58,060 nt of DNA, taken from contig CAYOJL010000002.1 of assembly GCA_964404235.1 (NCBI GenBank), forward strand, positions 1-58,060, in the 5' to 3' direction. Shown in pieces: positions 9,122 to 18,930 of the stretch. A model generated the notes under the pieces. It saw only the letters and a list, made by a program, of their open reading frames with translations. It was not told the DNA's origin and made no database searches. This DNA is from an uncultured bacterium (GTDB lineage Bacteria; Fidelibacterota; Marinisomatia; Marinisomatales; UBA1611). The position numbers and the translations under genes were made by a program. The stretch's first letter is position 1, and every line of letters begins with the position of its first letter.

Positions 9122-9793
9122 TTATTGGAATTTTATAATGATCTCTTTGGTATTCCCATTCTCATCTTCAACTTCAAATCTAAATTCTTGCGTAGAGACC
9201 TGCATATCAGCCTCTTCAAAACCTTCTAGGTCATCTTGTGTTGTGTTATTTACTTCTAGCGAACCTTCTGGTGTTGATACAGCTGTCTCACCTTGTTGGA
9301 CTTCAGTTGATTCACCTGTGAGATTATTGGTCACCTCTATCAATCCTTCAATAAGGGTAAAAGAATCACCTGTTGATGGATCTGAATCAATTGCTAGTTC
9401 AGTACCTTTCACAGATGCAACAGAAGTAGGAGTGGCTATCACAAACTCTTTACCTTTTTGAGGAGTAACTGCTGCAGCAATCTTACCATATTTGATATCT
9501 ATAGATTTATTGATCTTAACACCTGAACGTTGGCCTAAAATGGTCATATCAGAGTTACCAAGCATTTTCAATACTGTTTTATCATCAAGGTACATAATTG
9601 CAACAAACCCATCTTTACCCGTCCTGATATTATCTTGGTCACTTAAAGGTGAGCCAGGTTTTAGTACCTGTGCAGTATTTAATCCCTTATATAGAATAGA
9701 AACATCACCTTTGATCTTTATAGCAATGGCTACTTTAGATGATGCCGATATAAAGGTGACAGCACTTAAAATAATGACAAGTAAATTTTTCAT
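9122..9793 (-). CDS. Secreted stand-alone FecR-domain protein
   Basis: 223-aa ORF with a signal peptide. The FecR-like core is KGDVSILYKG...GSPLSDQDNIRTGKDGFVAIMYLDDKTVLKMLGNSDMTI, with an acidic C-terminal half. An ATGA overlap links it to the upstream gene and a 4-nt gap to the OMP gene. Confidence 0.75.
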   Translation of the reverse strand: MKNLLVIILSAVTFISASSKVAIAIKIKGDVSILYKGLNTAQVLKPGSPLSDQDNIRTGKDGFVAIMYLDDKTVLKMLGNSDMTILGQRSGVKINKSIDIKYGKIAAAVTPQKGKEFVIATPTSVASVKGTELAIDSDPSTGDSFTLIEGLIEVTNNLTGESTEVQQGETAVSTPEGSLEVNNTTQDDLEGFEEADMQVSTQEFRFEVEDENGNTKEIIIKFQ

Positions 9794-11025
9794 TCTGAGA
9801 CCTCAATAGAAATAACTTCAATTTGCCTATAGGTCTCATTTCCATCTTCATCTATCGTAGAAATTCCTGTAGATACCATCGACTGTACAGTTGAGAGATC
9901 TATACCTTCACCATTCAAAGTAATATTACCATTAGGCGTCATTCCTTCAGCTTGACCACCAGACCCAAATATCCTATCCGCTAGGTCATCTCCCATAAGT
10001 GATCGCAATACAATACCAATAGGAGATGTATCATCCAGATCCGTCCCATCGTTATCCGTTGATGTAAAATCTTTTATCTTAAAAGCCATAATATCGCTTA
10101 ATAATTGTTCAGTACCTACAGTCGTAATGATGTCCTTACGAATCTGCCATACATAAACTTTACCAGGTTCCAGATCACCTCCATCAGTTGGATATTGGAA
10201 GGTAGTTATGCCAAACCCAACTTGTTCAAAACCTAATGACTGATCTAACGGTAACCTCGTAACTGATTCAATAGCTTGATCAATAGAAGCATGTTCATCC
10301 GATCGAAATTCAGCAACTCTAATAAAATACTGACAACCACTTTCACCCGTAGACGGGTTAATATAGTTACAAGGGTCAGATTCCCATTGGAATACAGGAT
10401 AGGATGTATAAACTTCATTGATCGTTGTATCTGCCAAGATACCTCCTGGTGAAACTAGCTGAAGAAGTTCGGGATTTGAGATATTTAGAATATCTTCCCT
10501 TACAATTTGTTCTCCATTTTCAACTGTAGCAATTACACGAAAGGTATATATCCCATTAGGAAGTTGCCCTGTCTGTACGATCAAACTCATCATTTGTTCA
10601 GCTTCAGTAAGGTCCATCTGCTCAGTAATATCTAGATCTATTTCTACTGGGTTACCTTCAGTATCAAATAAAACATCTGTAGAAAGATTTAGATCCATGT
10701 TTGTTAGGTGTATTGGAGCCATTAATTGCAAAGGTTGAGTCGTTTCAACTTTTACCAATGTTTCATTGTCAACTCCCAAAGCATCAGAGTCAATAATGAT
10801 CTCAAATTCAATATCAACTTCAACTGGTTGTGTAGCATCAGAATCCTCTCGACTTAATTCCGCCATGAAAATTGGCATATTAGATTCACCTGTATTTATA
10901 TCAACCATACTAAGATAATATGTAACATAAGGTGTCCAAGTGACCTGGAACTCTATTTGAGCATATGGTATTGAGATCCAGAAAAATGTTGAGAGTAGTT
11001 TTGCTATGATAATTTTTTTATTCAT
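9790..11025 (-). CDS. Secreted, highly acidic hypothetical protein
   Basis: Long ORF with no motif I recognise. The start is moved to the ATG at 11025 (MNKKIIIAKLL..., signal peptide). The track start at 11055 is a TTG inside the cspA terminator hairpin. Confidence 0.75.
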   Translation of the reverse strand: MNKKIIIAKLLSTFFWISIPYAQIEFQVTWTPYVTYYLSMVDINTGESNMPIFMAELSREDSDATQPVEVDIEFEIIIDSDALGVDNETLVKVETTQPLQLMAPIHLTNMDLNLSTDVLFDTEGNPVEIDLDITEQMDLTEAEQMMSLIVQTGQLPNGIYTFRVIATVENGEQIVREDILNISNPELLQLVSPGGILADTTINEVYTSYPVFQWESDPCNYINPSTGESGCQYFIRVAEFRSDEHASIDQAIESVTRLPLDQSLGFEQVGFGITTFQYPTDGGDLEPGKVYVWQIRKDIITTVGTEQLLSDIMAFKIKDFTSTDNDGTDLDDTSPIGIVLRSLMGDDLADRIFGSGGQAEGMTPNGNITLNGEGIDLSTVQSMVSTGISTIDEDGNETYRQIEVISIEVSE

Positions 11026-11040
11026 CTTATTCGTGATATA

Positions 11041-11071
11041 AAAAAACCACTTCAAAAGAAGTGGTTTTTTT
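11041..11071 (-). terminator. Rho-independent terminator of cspA
   Basis: 7-bp stem ccacttc (11047-11053) pairs with gaagtgg (11058-11064) around a 4-nt loop. A and T runs lie on both sides, 20 nt past the cspA stop. Confidence 0.75.
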
Positions 11072-11090
11072 ATTATTTGGAACCAAGGGT

Positions 11091-11300
11091 TTAAAGAGGA
11101 TTAACCTTCTTTGCAACAGGACCTTTGGGCCCTTCACCTACTTCAAATTCAACTTTCTGGTTTTCTGCAAGAGTTTTAAAACCCTCCATGAGGATCTCAT
11201 TCATATGAACGAAATAATCTTGCTCTCCTTCAACCTGAATAAAGCCATAGCCTTTTGAATTATTGAACCATTTAACGGTTCCTTCTTTTTTATCCGACAT
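11091..11300 (-). CDS. cspA: Cold-shock protein, CspA family
   Basis: 69 aa with [15 protein letters not shown] (RNP1) and a DYFVHM (RNP2-like) motif. Confidence 0.95.
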   Translation of the reverse strand: MSDKKEGTVKWFNNSKGYGFIQVEGEQDYFVHMNEILMEGFKTLAENQKVEFEVGEGPKGPVAKKVNPL

Positions 11301-11345
11301 TATCTATTTTTCCTTTAAGTAATATTTTTATTTCATTTGCATCAG

Positions 11346-11419
11346 TGGGCGATGAGAGATTCGAACTCCCGACACCTGCGGTGTAAACGCAGTGCTCTAA
11401 CCAACTGAGCTAATCGCCC
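11346..11419 (-). tRNA. tRNA-Val (anticodon TAC)
   Basis: The reverse complement folds as a 74-nt cloverleaf. Acceptor GGGCGAT/ATCGCCC, D arm GCTC-AGTTGGTTA-GAGC, anticodon stem CTGCG/CGCAG with loop TTTACAC, T arm GGGAG-TTCGAAT-CTCTC. No CCA is encoded. Confidence 0.95.
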
Positions 11420-11448
11420 ATATATGGGGTCGGGAATATTAATTATTT

Positions 11449-13854
11449 CTATTGCGAATTATTAGATTTTTTTACTTTCTTAAAAATACCGGGAATTGCG
11501 ACCTTCAATACATCTTTTATTTCTTTTGCAAAATAAAAAGTAAGATCCTTGGCTACATGGTCTGGAACATCTTCGAGGTCTTTTCGATTATGTTCTGGTA
11601 GAATTACTTCTTTGATTCCTGAACGATGTGCAGCTGTTACTTTTTCTTTAACCCCTCCTATAGGTAATACATTACCTCTAAGAGTGATTTCGCCGGTCAT
11701 TGCTACCTTTTCCTTCACTGGAATACCCTTTAATAGAGACACTAAGGAAGTGATCATACTAACACCAGCAGAAGGTCCATCTTTCGGGATTGCTCCTGCA
11801 GGAACATGAACATGTATATCAGAATTTTCATTGAATTCCGGGTCAATGTCAAAATTATTAGCATTTGCTCTGACAAAGGTCAATGCTGCAGTAGCAGATT
11901 CTTTCATCACGTCTCCTAATTGACCTGTTAATGTTAATTTACCTTTACCCTTCATTAAAGTGGACTCAACGAATAAAATATCACCACCGGCAGCTGTCCA
12001 TGCAAGACCAGTTACGACACCTGGTTTTGTGGTCCTTTCTGCCAATTCAGAATGAAATCGAGGAGCACCTAAATATTCACCAACTTTTTTTCTGTTGATC
12101 TTGATTTTCTCAATATCTGATTCAACAAGATCTCGTGCAACTTTTCTTAATACATTTGCAACTTCTCGTTCTAGGTTCCTTACACCTGCCTCCCTTGTAT
12201 AGGATCGAATCAATTCTTTTATAGAGGTAACATCAAACGTGACCTGATTATTTGTGAGACCATTCTCTTCGATTTGTTTTGGAAGTATATGACGTTTTGC
12301 AATTTGTATTTTCTCATCCTCGATATATCCCGAAAAATCTAAGATCTCCATTCTATCTCTTAGAGCTGGAGGTATAGCATCCTGGTAATTTGCTGTTGCA
12401 ATGAACATCACGTTACTTAGATCAAAATCAACTTCTAAATAATGATCACTGAAAGAATGATTTTGTTCAGGATCTAGAACCTCCAATAATGCTGATGATG
12501 GATCACCTCTAAAATCTGATCCAAGCTTGTCTATCTCATCAAGCATAAAAACAGGATTATTCTTACCAGCCTTTTTTATACTTTGTATGACTCGACCAGG
12601 AAGTGCACCAATATAGGTACGGCGATGTCCACGTATTTCCGCTTCATCTCTTACACCTCCTAAAGATAAACGCACAAATTCGCGTCCCATCGAGCGTGCA
12701 ATTGATTTTCCTAAAGACGTTTTTCCTACTCCTGGAGGACCACCAAAACATAATATGGGTCCTCGAACTGTACCATTAGGATCTTTCTTCTGTTTAAGAT
12801 TCCTAACAGCTAAGTATTCAATGATTCTTTCTTTTACCTTTTCAAGACCATAATGGTCTTCATCTAAAATCTTCATTGCCTCTTTAAGATTAATACGGTC
12901 TTCTGTACTATCGCTCCATGGAAGATCCACAAGCCAATCGATATAGGTTCTAGAAACATTATATTCTGGAGACTGCGTTGGGATTCTAGACAACCTATCC
13001 AACTCTTTCATTGCAACTTTTTCAGATTCTTCTGGCATTTTTGCTGCTTTGATCTTATCCTCTAATTCTTTTAGTTCAACAGTCCCTTCATCTTCTCCAA
13101 GTTCTTTTTTAATGGCTTTCATCTGCTCTCGAAGATAATATTCTCTTTGTGTTTTAGTGATCTCATCATGGACCTCTGACTGGATCTCTTCACCTAATTT
13201 TATACGTTGTATCTCACGAGAAATAAGATTAAGAGCTTTCTCCATTCGCATTTTGATATCTAATTCTTCAAGAATTTCTTGCTTTTCTTGGTTAGATATA
13301 GTGATCACTGAAATCGCACGATCAGTTAGACGATTTGGTTTCTGAATATTTTTTAACATTCCAGAATGCTCTTCAGTTAGATTTGGTGCTACCTTCATAA
13401 GATCTTCGAAAGCCTGCCGTAAATTGGTTGTTAAAGCATCAATTTCTAGCTGATCAGTGATAGGTTGATCATCTACAGATTGTACTGCAGCAGTGAAATA
13501 AGGTTCATGGTTGGTATATTCTAAGACCTTTACTCTGGAAATTCCTTGAACGATTGCAGATTTACTATTATCTGGCATATCAAAGACCTTAAGAACCTGT
13601 GCAAGTGTTCCATAGGCATATAGGTCTGCAGGCTTTGGATCTTCTATGGAGCCATCTTCTTGAGCAACAACTACAATATATCGTTTTTTAGGATCTAGAT
13701 CATTGATCAGTTTAAGACTACGATCCCTACCAATATATATTGGGATGACCTGTTGAGGAAATAATACAGTATTTCTCAATGGCATTACAGGATACTTATC
13801 AGTATCCTTTATATTAAAATTTTCAATCTCTTTTTCTGATAGTTTCTCAGGCAT
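11449..13854 (-). CDS. lon: ATP-dependent Lon protease
   Basis: 801 aa with an N-terminal LON substrate domain, Walker A GPPGVGKTS and a proteolytic Ser motif KDGPSAG. Confidence 0.97.
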   Translation of the reverse strand: MPEKLSEKEIENFNIKDTDKYPVMPLRNTVLFPQQVIPIYIGRDRSLKLINDLDPKKRYIVVVAQEDGSIEDPKPADLYAYGTLAQVLKVFDMPDNSKSAIVQGISRVKVLEYTNHEPYFTAAVQSVDDQPITDQLEIDALTTNLRQAFEDLMKVAPNLTEEHSGMLKNIQKPNRLTDRAISVITISNQEKQEILEELDIKMRMEKALNLISREIQRIKLGEEIQSEVHDEITKTQREYYLREQMKAIKKELGEDEGTVELKELEDKIKAAKMPEESEKVAMKELDRLSRIPTQSPEYNVSRTYIDWLVDLPWSDSTEDRINLKEAMKILDEDHYGLEKVKERIIEYLAVRNLKQKKDPNGTVRGPILCFGGPPGVGKTSLGKSIARSMGREFVRLSLGGVRDEAEIRGHRRTYIGALPGRVIQSIKKAGKNNPVFMLDEIDKLGSDFRGDPSSALLEVLDPEQNHSFSDHYLEVDFDLSNVMFIATANYQDAIPPALRDRMEILDFSGYIEDEKIQIAKRHILPKQIEENGLTNNQVTFDVTSIKELIRSYTREAGVRNLEREVANVLRKVARDLVESDIEKIKINRKKVGEYLGAPRFHSELAERTTKPGVVTGLAWTAAGGDILFVESTLMKGKGKLTLTGQLGDVMKESATAALTFVRANANNFDIDPEFNENSDIHVHVPAGAIPKDGPSAGVSMITSLVSLLKGIPVKEKVAMTGEITLRGNVLPIGGVKEKVTAAHRSGIKEVILPEHNRKDLEDVPDHVAKDLTFYFAKEIKDVLKVAIPGIFKKVKKSNNSQ

Positions 13855-13980
13855 TATTGTCCTCTATATAAAGATAATCAATATTAAAATTACAAGGATT
13901 ATACCAAAGTATTACATATGATGAATAGTCTTGAATAAAGAATGATATATGACAATATGGCATACTAATTGAATTTCTAA

Positions 13981-14829
13981 TTAAATGAACTCATCTGCAT
14001 GATATGAACTACGAACTAGCGATCCTGATTTAACTACATCAAAACCCATTTCAATTCCAAGGGTCTTATAATCTAAGAATTCTTTATCATCTACATATCG
14101 GGCTACTGGAAGATGATTCTTTGTTGGCTGCAGATATTGTCCTATTGTAAAAAGTTTTACTCCTATTTCAGCAACCTGTTTCATTGTATCAACCACTTCA
14201 TTAAAGGTCTCGCCAAGCCCAACCATTATACCGGTTTTTGTTCTCAATTTATTATTAACAGATAGCCTAAGTACATCCAAGCTCCTATTCCAATTTGCCT
14301 GGCTCCTAACCTGTTTACTTATTCTTTCAACACATTCAACATTATGACTAAAAATCTCTGGATTAGCACTAAAGACTTTTTCAAGAGATGGTCTATGACC
14401 TTTAAAATCCGGAGTCAAAACTTCAACGTTACATCCAGGAACATTCTCATGAATCTGATTGATAGTTTCTGCCCAAATAGAAGCTCCATAATCATTTTTT
14501 AGATCATCTCTATCTACTGATGTAATGACTACATGTTTAAGGTCCATTTTCTTAACTGCTATAGCAGTCCGATATGGTTCTAATGGGTCATCCCAGGATG
14601 GCTTACCAGTTTTCACTGAACAAAAACCACAAGCTCTAGTACAAATATCTCCCAAGATCATTATTGTTGCAGTACGCCTATCCCAACATTCATAAATATT
14701 TGGACACCTTGCCTCTTCACAGACAGTATTAAGTTTGTTATGTTGCACAATATTATTAACAAATTGATATCCCTTTGTCATTTGCAACCGTATTTTAGGT
14801 TTTCGAGTTTTAGTTAATTCGTTTGTCAT
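13981..14829 (-). CDS. lipA: Lipoyl synthase
   Basis: 282 aa with auxiliary cluster CEEARCPNIYEC and radical-SAM CTRACGFC. Confidence 0.95.
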   Translation of the reverse strand: MTNELTKTRKPKIRLQMTKGYQFVNNIVQHNKLNTVCEEARCPNIYECWDRRTATIMILGDICTRACGFCSVKTGKPSWDDPLEPYRTAIAVKKMDLKHVVITSVDRDDLKNDYGASIWAETINQIHENVPGCNVEVLTPDFKGHRPSLEKVFSANPEIFSHNVECVERISKQVRSQANWNRSLDVLRLSVNNKLRTKTGIMVGLGETFNEVVDTMKQVAEIGVKLFTIGQYLQPTKNHLPVARYVDDKEFLDYKTLGIEMGFDVVKSGSLVRSSYHADEFI

Positions 14830-15650
14830 TATTTTTTTTGAAATAGATAGATCATATATTTTCGATACCTTCTAAACAAACCGCTATCAAGCAAATCTAA
14901 TTGTTCCTTTTTTGCAACGATCTTTGGCTTAATTAATTTCTCAATCACTGATGCTGTTTTTGGATAGTTCTTTTGCAATGAATAGGAAGCATAATCAATT
15001 GTAGGATCAATAAATCTTTCAAAAAAATATTTACCATAATCCAGAGTTGGCATTGTATTCTCGGTTTGATCATATTTTTCAAGAAGTTCAAAACCATATT
15101 TTTTAGCACCGTTTAAATATTTATCCATATCATGTGATGATCTAAGATGTGGACTTTTTGATCCATCTCTAAAATGAATAAAATAATCTGATGCTAAAAG
15201 ATAGCCTGATTTGCAAAGGGCCTCTCTCGCTTTTTCAAATCCTTTATTAATATTTATATAACATGCGCTTTCACTTTCCAAGACTAGGTCATATTTTTTA
15301 TTCGGTTGAAATTTTTCAAATTTGCAATGATGAAAATTAACCCCACCATTGAATTTCTCATTAATAGCTTCTTTTTGGAAATCATCAGGAGATAATGTCT
15401 CAACTTTGTAGCCTCTATTGATAAGAAATTCCGCATTCCCACCAATACCACAACCAACATCTAAGATGAGATCAACTTGATTAGGGATATAAGAAGCAAG
15501 ATTTTCTATATATCGAGCCTGAGCATTTTTTATTTCCTCAAGGTTAATAGAATCTATTGCAATGGATTCCGGATCATCCCAAAACCCATAATGTAGATAA
15601 GATGATTGAATTGTCTTTGAATATAATTTTAATACATGATCTATTGACAT
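14829..15650 (-). CDS. Class I SAM-dependent methyltransferase, substrate unknown
   Basis: 273 aa with SAM motif I LDVGCGIGGNAEFL and an N-terminal YLHYGFWDD motif. TAATG overlaps sit at both ends, with E2 and with lipA. Confidence 0.85.
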   Translation of the reverse strand: MSIDHVLKLYSKTIQSSYLHYGFWDDPESIAIDSINLEEIKNAQARYIENLASYIPNQVDLILDVGCGIGGNAEFLINRGYKVETLSPDDFQKEAINEKFNGGVNFHHCKFEKFQPNKKYDLVLESESACYININKGFEKAREALCKSGYLLASDYFIHFRDGSKSPHLRSSHDMDKYLNGAKKYGFELLEKYDQTENTMPTLDYGKYFFERFIDPTIDYASYSLQKNYPKTASVIEKLIKPKIVAKKEQLDLLDSGLFRRYRKYMIYLFQKK

Positions 15651-16921
15651 TATCTTATATCACCCAGATCTATATTCTCAAGATAATAACGTACACGTTC
15701 CAAAAATTTTGACCCACCTGCTCCATCAATAAGTCTATGATCAAAACCAAGCGTTAGCATCATTATACTTCTTATGGCAATGGAATCACCCTCAACTGTT
15801 TCTATAACAACTGGTTGTTTTTTTATCGCGCCAATACCAAGAATACCAACGTTAGGTTGATTGATGATAGGTGTGCCTATTGAAACACCGAACACACCAA
15901 AATTTGTTATACTGAATGTAGTGCCTGTTAATTCGTCAGCTTTAATGCTGCCATTCCTTGCCCTAGATGCAATATTATGAACAGAACGGCAAAGTCCTAA
16001 GAAATTCTTTTCTTCACAATTTGCCATGTTCGGCACCATTAAACCATTATCTATAGCCACCGCTAAACCTATATTTATATCTCTATGAAAATTTACAGTG
16101 GTATCAAATATAGACGAGTTCATCTCGGGGTGATCTTTCAGTGATCTCACTACCGCATCAACTATGAACGGCGTGTAGGTTAAATTGAACCCTTCCCTAT
16201 CCTTAAATGTCTTTTCTTCTTTGATCACAAAGTCTACAATAGACGTCATATCAACTTCAGTCATAACGTATACATGCGCAGATGTAGCCAAACTATCTTT
16301 CATATGCTTTGCAATTAATTTCCTCATATGATGCATTTCTTCGGTCCGCTGTGAAGGGAGATGAGAATCAGGTTTGGAGTCAACAATAGTACTATCATGA
16401 GTAGGCGCAGAAATATCAAGATAAGCAAGAATGTCTTTTTTAGTAACTCTCCCTCCTCTTCCACTACCAGAGATCTTTTCAAGTTCATTGAAAGGAATAT
16501 TTTTATCTGAGGCGATCTTCATTACTATAGGAGAATAGAATTTTTTTTCTTTATTTTCAGTAAATATTGGCTTTGAACTAGGTATTGACTGTTGTTGCTC
16601 TGGCTTATTTTCAGATACTTGGGATATATGTTCTGGACCCTCATCTTTTTTTACATTTACTTTACCAACAATACTGCTATTCCCATCTGTATCTATCTTG
16701 GCAATAACCTCACCGACTGCTTTTACATCATTTGGCTCAGCTAATATATCCACTAATATTCCTGCAGCAGATGATGGTATCTCTGAATCAACTTTATCGG
16801 TACCGATCTCCAATAAGATCTCGTCTAATTCTATAGATTCACCTACTTTCTTTCTCCACTCTAATATGGTTCCTTCATTAATGGACTCTCCCATCTTTGG
16901 CATTACAACATCAACAATCAT
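15650..16921 (-). CDS. 2-oxoacid dehydrogenase E2 (dihydrolipoamide acyltransferase)
   Basis: 423 aa. The N-terminal lipoyl domain has EIGTDKVDSEIPS, followed by an E3-binding segment and a catalytic DHRLIDGA motif. Confidence 0.95.
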   Translation of the reverse strand: MIVDVVMPKMGESINEGTILEWRKKVGESIELDEILLEIGTDKVDSEIPSSAAGILVDILAEPNDVKAVGEVIAKIDTDGNSSIVGKVNVKKDEGPEHISQVSENKPEQQQSIPSSKPIFTENKEKKFYSPIVMKIASDKNIPFNELEKISGSGRGGRVTKKDILAYLDISAPTHDSTIVDSKPDSHLPSQRTEEMHHMRKLIAKHMKDSLATSAHVYVMTEVDMTSIVDFVIKEEKTFKDREGFNLTYTPFIVDAVVRSLKDHPEMNSSIFDTTVNFHRDINIGLAVAIDNGLMVPNMANCEEKNFLGLCRSVHNIASRARNGSIKADELTGTTFSITNFGVFGVSIGTPIINQPNVGILGIGAIKKQPVVIETVEGDSIAIRSIMMLTLGFDHRLIDGAGGSKFLERVRYYLENIDLGDIR

Positions 16922-18925
16922 TTAATACTCCAAAAGTTCTTCAATAGCTGATACTATATCCTCGGTCTGAGGAAGCACCTTTTCCTCAAGTAACCAGTTA
17001 AATGGGACCGGTGAATCTTTAGCCGCAACTCTTCTAACTGGTCCATCTAATAATTCAAAATATTTATCTGCAATCAAAGCAGAAATTTCTGCACCAGGTC
17101 CATTAGTAAGGTTATCTTCATGAATAACAAGAACCTTACTTGTCTTTTCTATAGAGGATTGAATAAGATCAATATCGATTGGATTTAATGTCCTCAGATC
17201 TATTATCTCTACATGTCCATTATCTAATCCCAGTGATTGGACAGCTTCAATAGATCTTTGTACCATAGCTCCCCAGGTTATAATTGTAAGCTGGTCTCCT
17301 TGACAAACAATTCTTCCCTTACCAAAAGGGAGTATATATTCTTCATCAGGTTCTTCTGTTGCTGCATATCCCTGTCGATAAAGTCCTTTATGCTCCATAA
17401 AAAGAACTGGATCATTCATTCTACATGCCATCTTCAGTAGACCCTTCGCATCCGCTGCGGATGAAGGGTAAGCAATATATATCCCTGGCATATGGATGAA
17501 ATACCCATCAATAGACTGGCTATGACAAAGTCCACCATGTATGTATCCACCCACTGGTACTCTTATGACCATCGGGCATGTCCATGCATTATTTGAACGA
17601 TATCTAAAGGTTGACACTTCATTTCTTATTTGCATCATAGCTGTCCATAAATAATCTGCAAATTGAATCTCTACAACTGGTTTATAACCTGTGATCGCCA
17701 TCCCAACAGCAGTACCAATAATTGAAGATTCCGCTAAAGGTGAATTAAAAACCCTTTCATTTCCAAAACTGTTGGACAAACCTTTGGTCGCAGTAAAAAC
17801 ACCTCCCTTTGGATCAGCAATATCTTGACCATAAATGATCATCTTATCATTTCTAGCCATTTCTTCATTCAAGGCGTGGTTGATGGCATCTACAATGACA
17901 ATTTTATCAGAGATAATATTATAACTAGGTTCATCAATTATTTCATCATTACTATAAATATGATCCAAAGCTGTACTAGGGTTGGGATGTTCTTGATTAT
18001 CTGCCCACTCTGCATCTTCATCAACTTGGTTCATTACTTTATCCCTGATCTTTTTAAATTCTGAAGCAGAAATAAATTTTGCTTTTAAACATTGATCTTC
18101 TAATATTTTTAATGGATCTCTTTTTTTGTCTTCATTAAGTGCTTTTTCTGTCCTGTATTTCCTTTGATCGTCTGAACTAGAGTGCGGTAGAAGACGAACC
18201 ACATTTGAGATAATGATTGAGGGACCCTTCCCTTTTCTTGCTCGTTCTATAGCCTGGCTAAATGCAAGGTTTGTTTCAAAAAAGTCTGTCCCATCCACAT
18301 CGTATCTTGACAGATTCTTATATCCTGCTGTCATATTATATACCGAATCAGCTGTTTGTTCAGATTTATGTGTGGAAATAGCATATTCATTGTCTTGAAT
18401 ATGAAATATAACTGGTGCTTTGGCATTACTGGCCCAATTCAATGCTTCATGAAAATCACCTTGACTTGTAGTGCCTTCTCCCGCTGAAACATAGACGACC
18501 TCTTTTGTCTTTTCTTTCTTCCGAGCCATAGCACAGCCAACTGCTTGAAGGAATTGCGTACCTGTTGGGCTAGACTGGGTAACGATTCTCAAGTCTTTAT
18601 GGCCATAATGCTGCGGCATTTGTCTACCACCAGAACTTGGATCATCTGCCTTAGCTAAAAATCCAAGTAGTTGTTCCCGTGCTTTAAGACCCAAGCCAAT
18701 ACAATAAGCACCATCTCGATAATATGGAAAAGACCAATCTTCTCCAGGTATAATTAATACAGCAGCAGCGAGTTGTGCAGCTTCATGGCCTGAAGCTCCT
18801 ATGTGAAAAAAGCTTTTTCCCTGTTTCAACATTATAAGCATTTTATCGTCCAATTTTCTAGAAAGGGCCATATTCCTATATACATCTAGTATTTGCTTTT
18901 TTGTAAAACCGTTTAGTCTTGCCAT
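16922..18925 (-). CDS. 2-oxoacid dehydrogenase E1 component, fused alpha+beta subunits (substrate not assignable)
   Basis: 667 aa. The N-terminal half has the TPP-binding motif GEGTTSQGDFHEALNWA. The C-terminal half has the transketolase-like pyrimidine-binding and C-terminal domains. Confidence 0.9.
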   Translation of the reverse strand: MARLNGFTKKQILDVYRNMALSRKLDDKMLIMLKQGKSFFHIGASGHEAAQLAAAVLIIPGEDWSFPYYRDGAYCIGLGLKAREQLLGFLAKADDPSSGGRQMPQHYGHKDLRIVTQSSPTGTQFLQAVGCAMARKKEKTKEVVYVSAGEGTTSQGDFHEALNWASNAKAPVIFHIQDNEYAISTHKSEQTADSVYNMTAGYKNLSRYDVDGTDFFETNLAFSQAIERARKGKGPSIIISNVVRLLPHSSSDDQRKYRTEKALNEDKKRDPLKILEDQCLKAKFISASEFKKIRDKVMNQVDEDAEWADNQEHPNPSTALDHIYSNDEIIDEPSYNIISDKIVIVDAINHALNEEMARNDKMIIYGQDIADPKGGVFTATKGLSNSFGNERVFNSPLAESSIIGTAVGMAITGYKPVVEIQFADYLWTAMMQIRNEVSTFRYRSNNAWTCPMVIRVPVGGYIHGGLCHSQSIDGYFIHMPGIYIAYPSSAADAKGLLKMACRMNDPVLFMEHKGLYRQGYAATEEPDEEYILPFGKGRIVCQGDQLTIITWGAMVQRSIEAVQSLGLDNGHVEIIDLRTLNPIDIDLIQSSIEKTSKVLVIHEDNLTNGPGAEISALIADKYFELLDGPVRRVAAKDSPVPFNWLLEEKVLPQTEDIVSAIEELLEY

Positions 18926-18930
18926 GCTAA

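Noticed and set aside
9122-9793. Interpreting the FecR-domain gene as a classical FecI/FecR/FecA iron-signalling anti-sigma factor
   Set aside because: It has no cytoplasmic anti-sigma domain or TM segment. No ECF sigma gene and no TonB-dependent transducer are adjacent. It is kept instead as part of an uncharacterised envelope trio.
9138-9809. Plus-strand ORFs of 105-107 aa (9138-9461, 9492-9809) and many similar ones, for example 53933-54283, 54299-54619, 55102-55404, 39887-40204 and 51347-51685
   Set aside because: All lie antisense inside long, motif-supported minus-strand genes. Their translations are low-complexity Ser/Pro/Leu-rich strings without motifs or start-site context. Such frames are expected antisense to real coding sequence.
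11346-11419. tRNA-Val and tRNA-Glu (46825-46896) as integration sites of genomic islands
   Set aside because: There is no integrase, no direct repeat of the tRNA 3' end and no mobile-element gene on either side. The flanking genes are housekeeping (lon, cspA, grxD).
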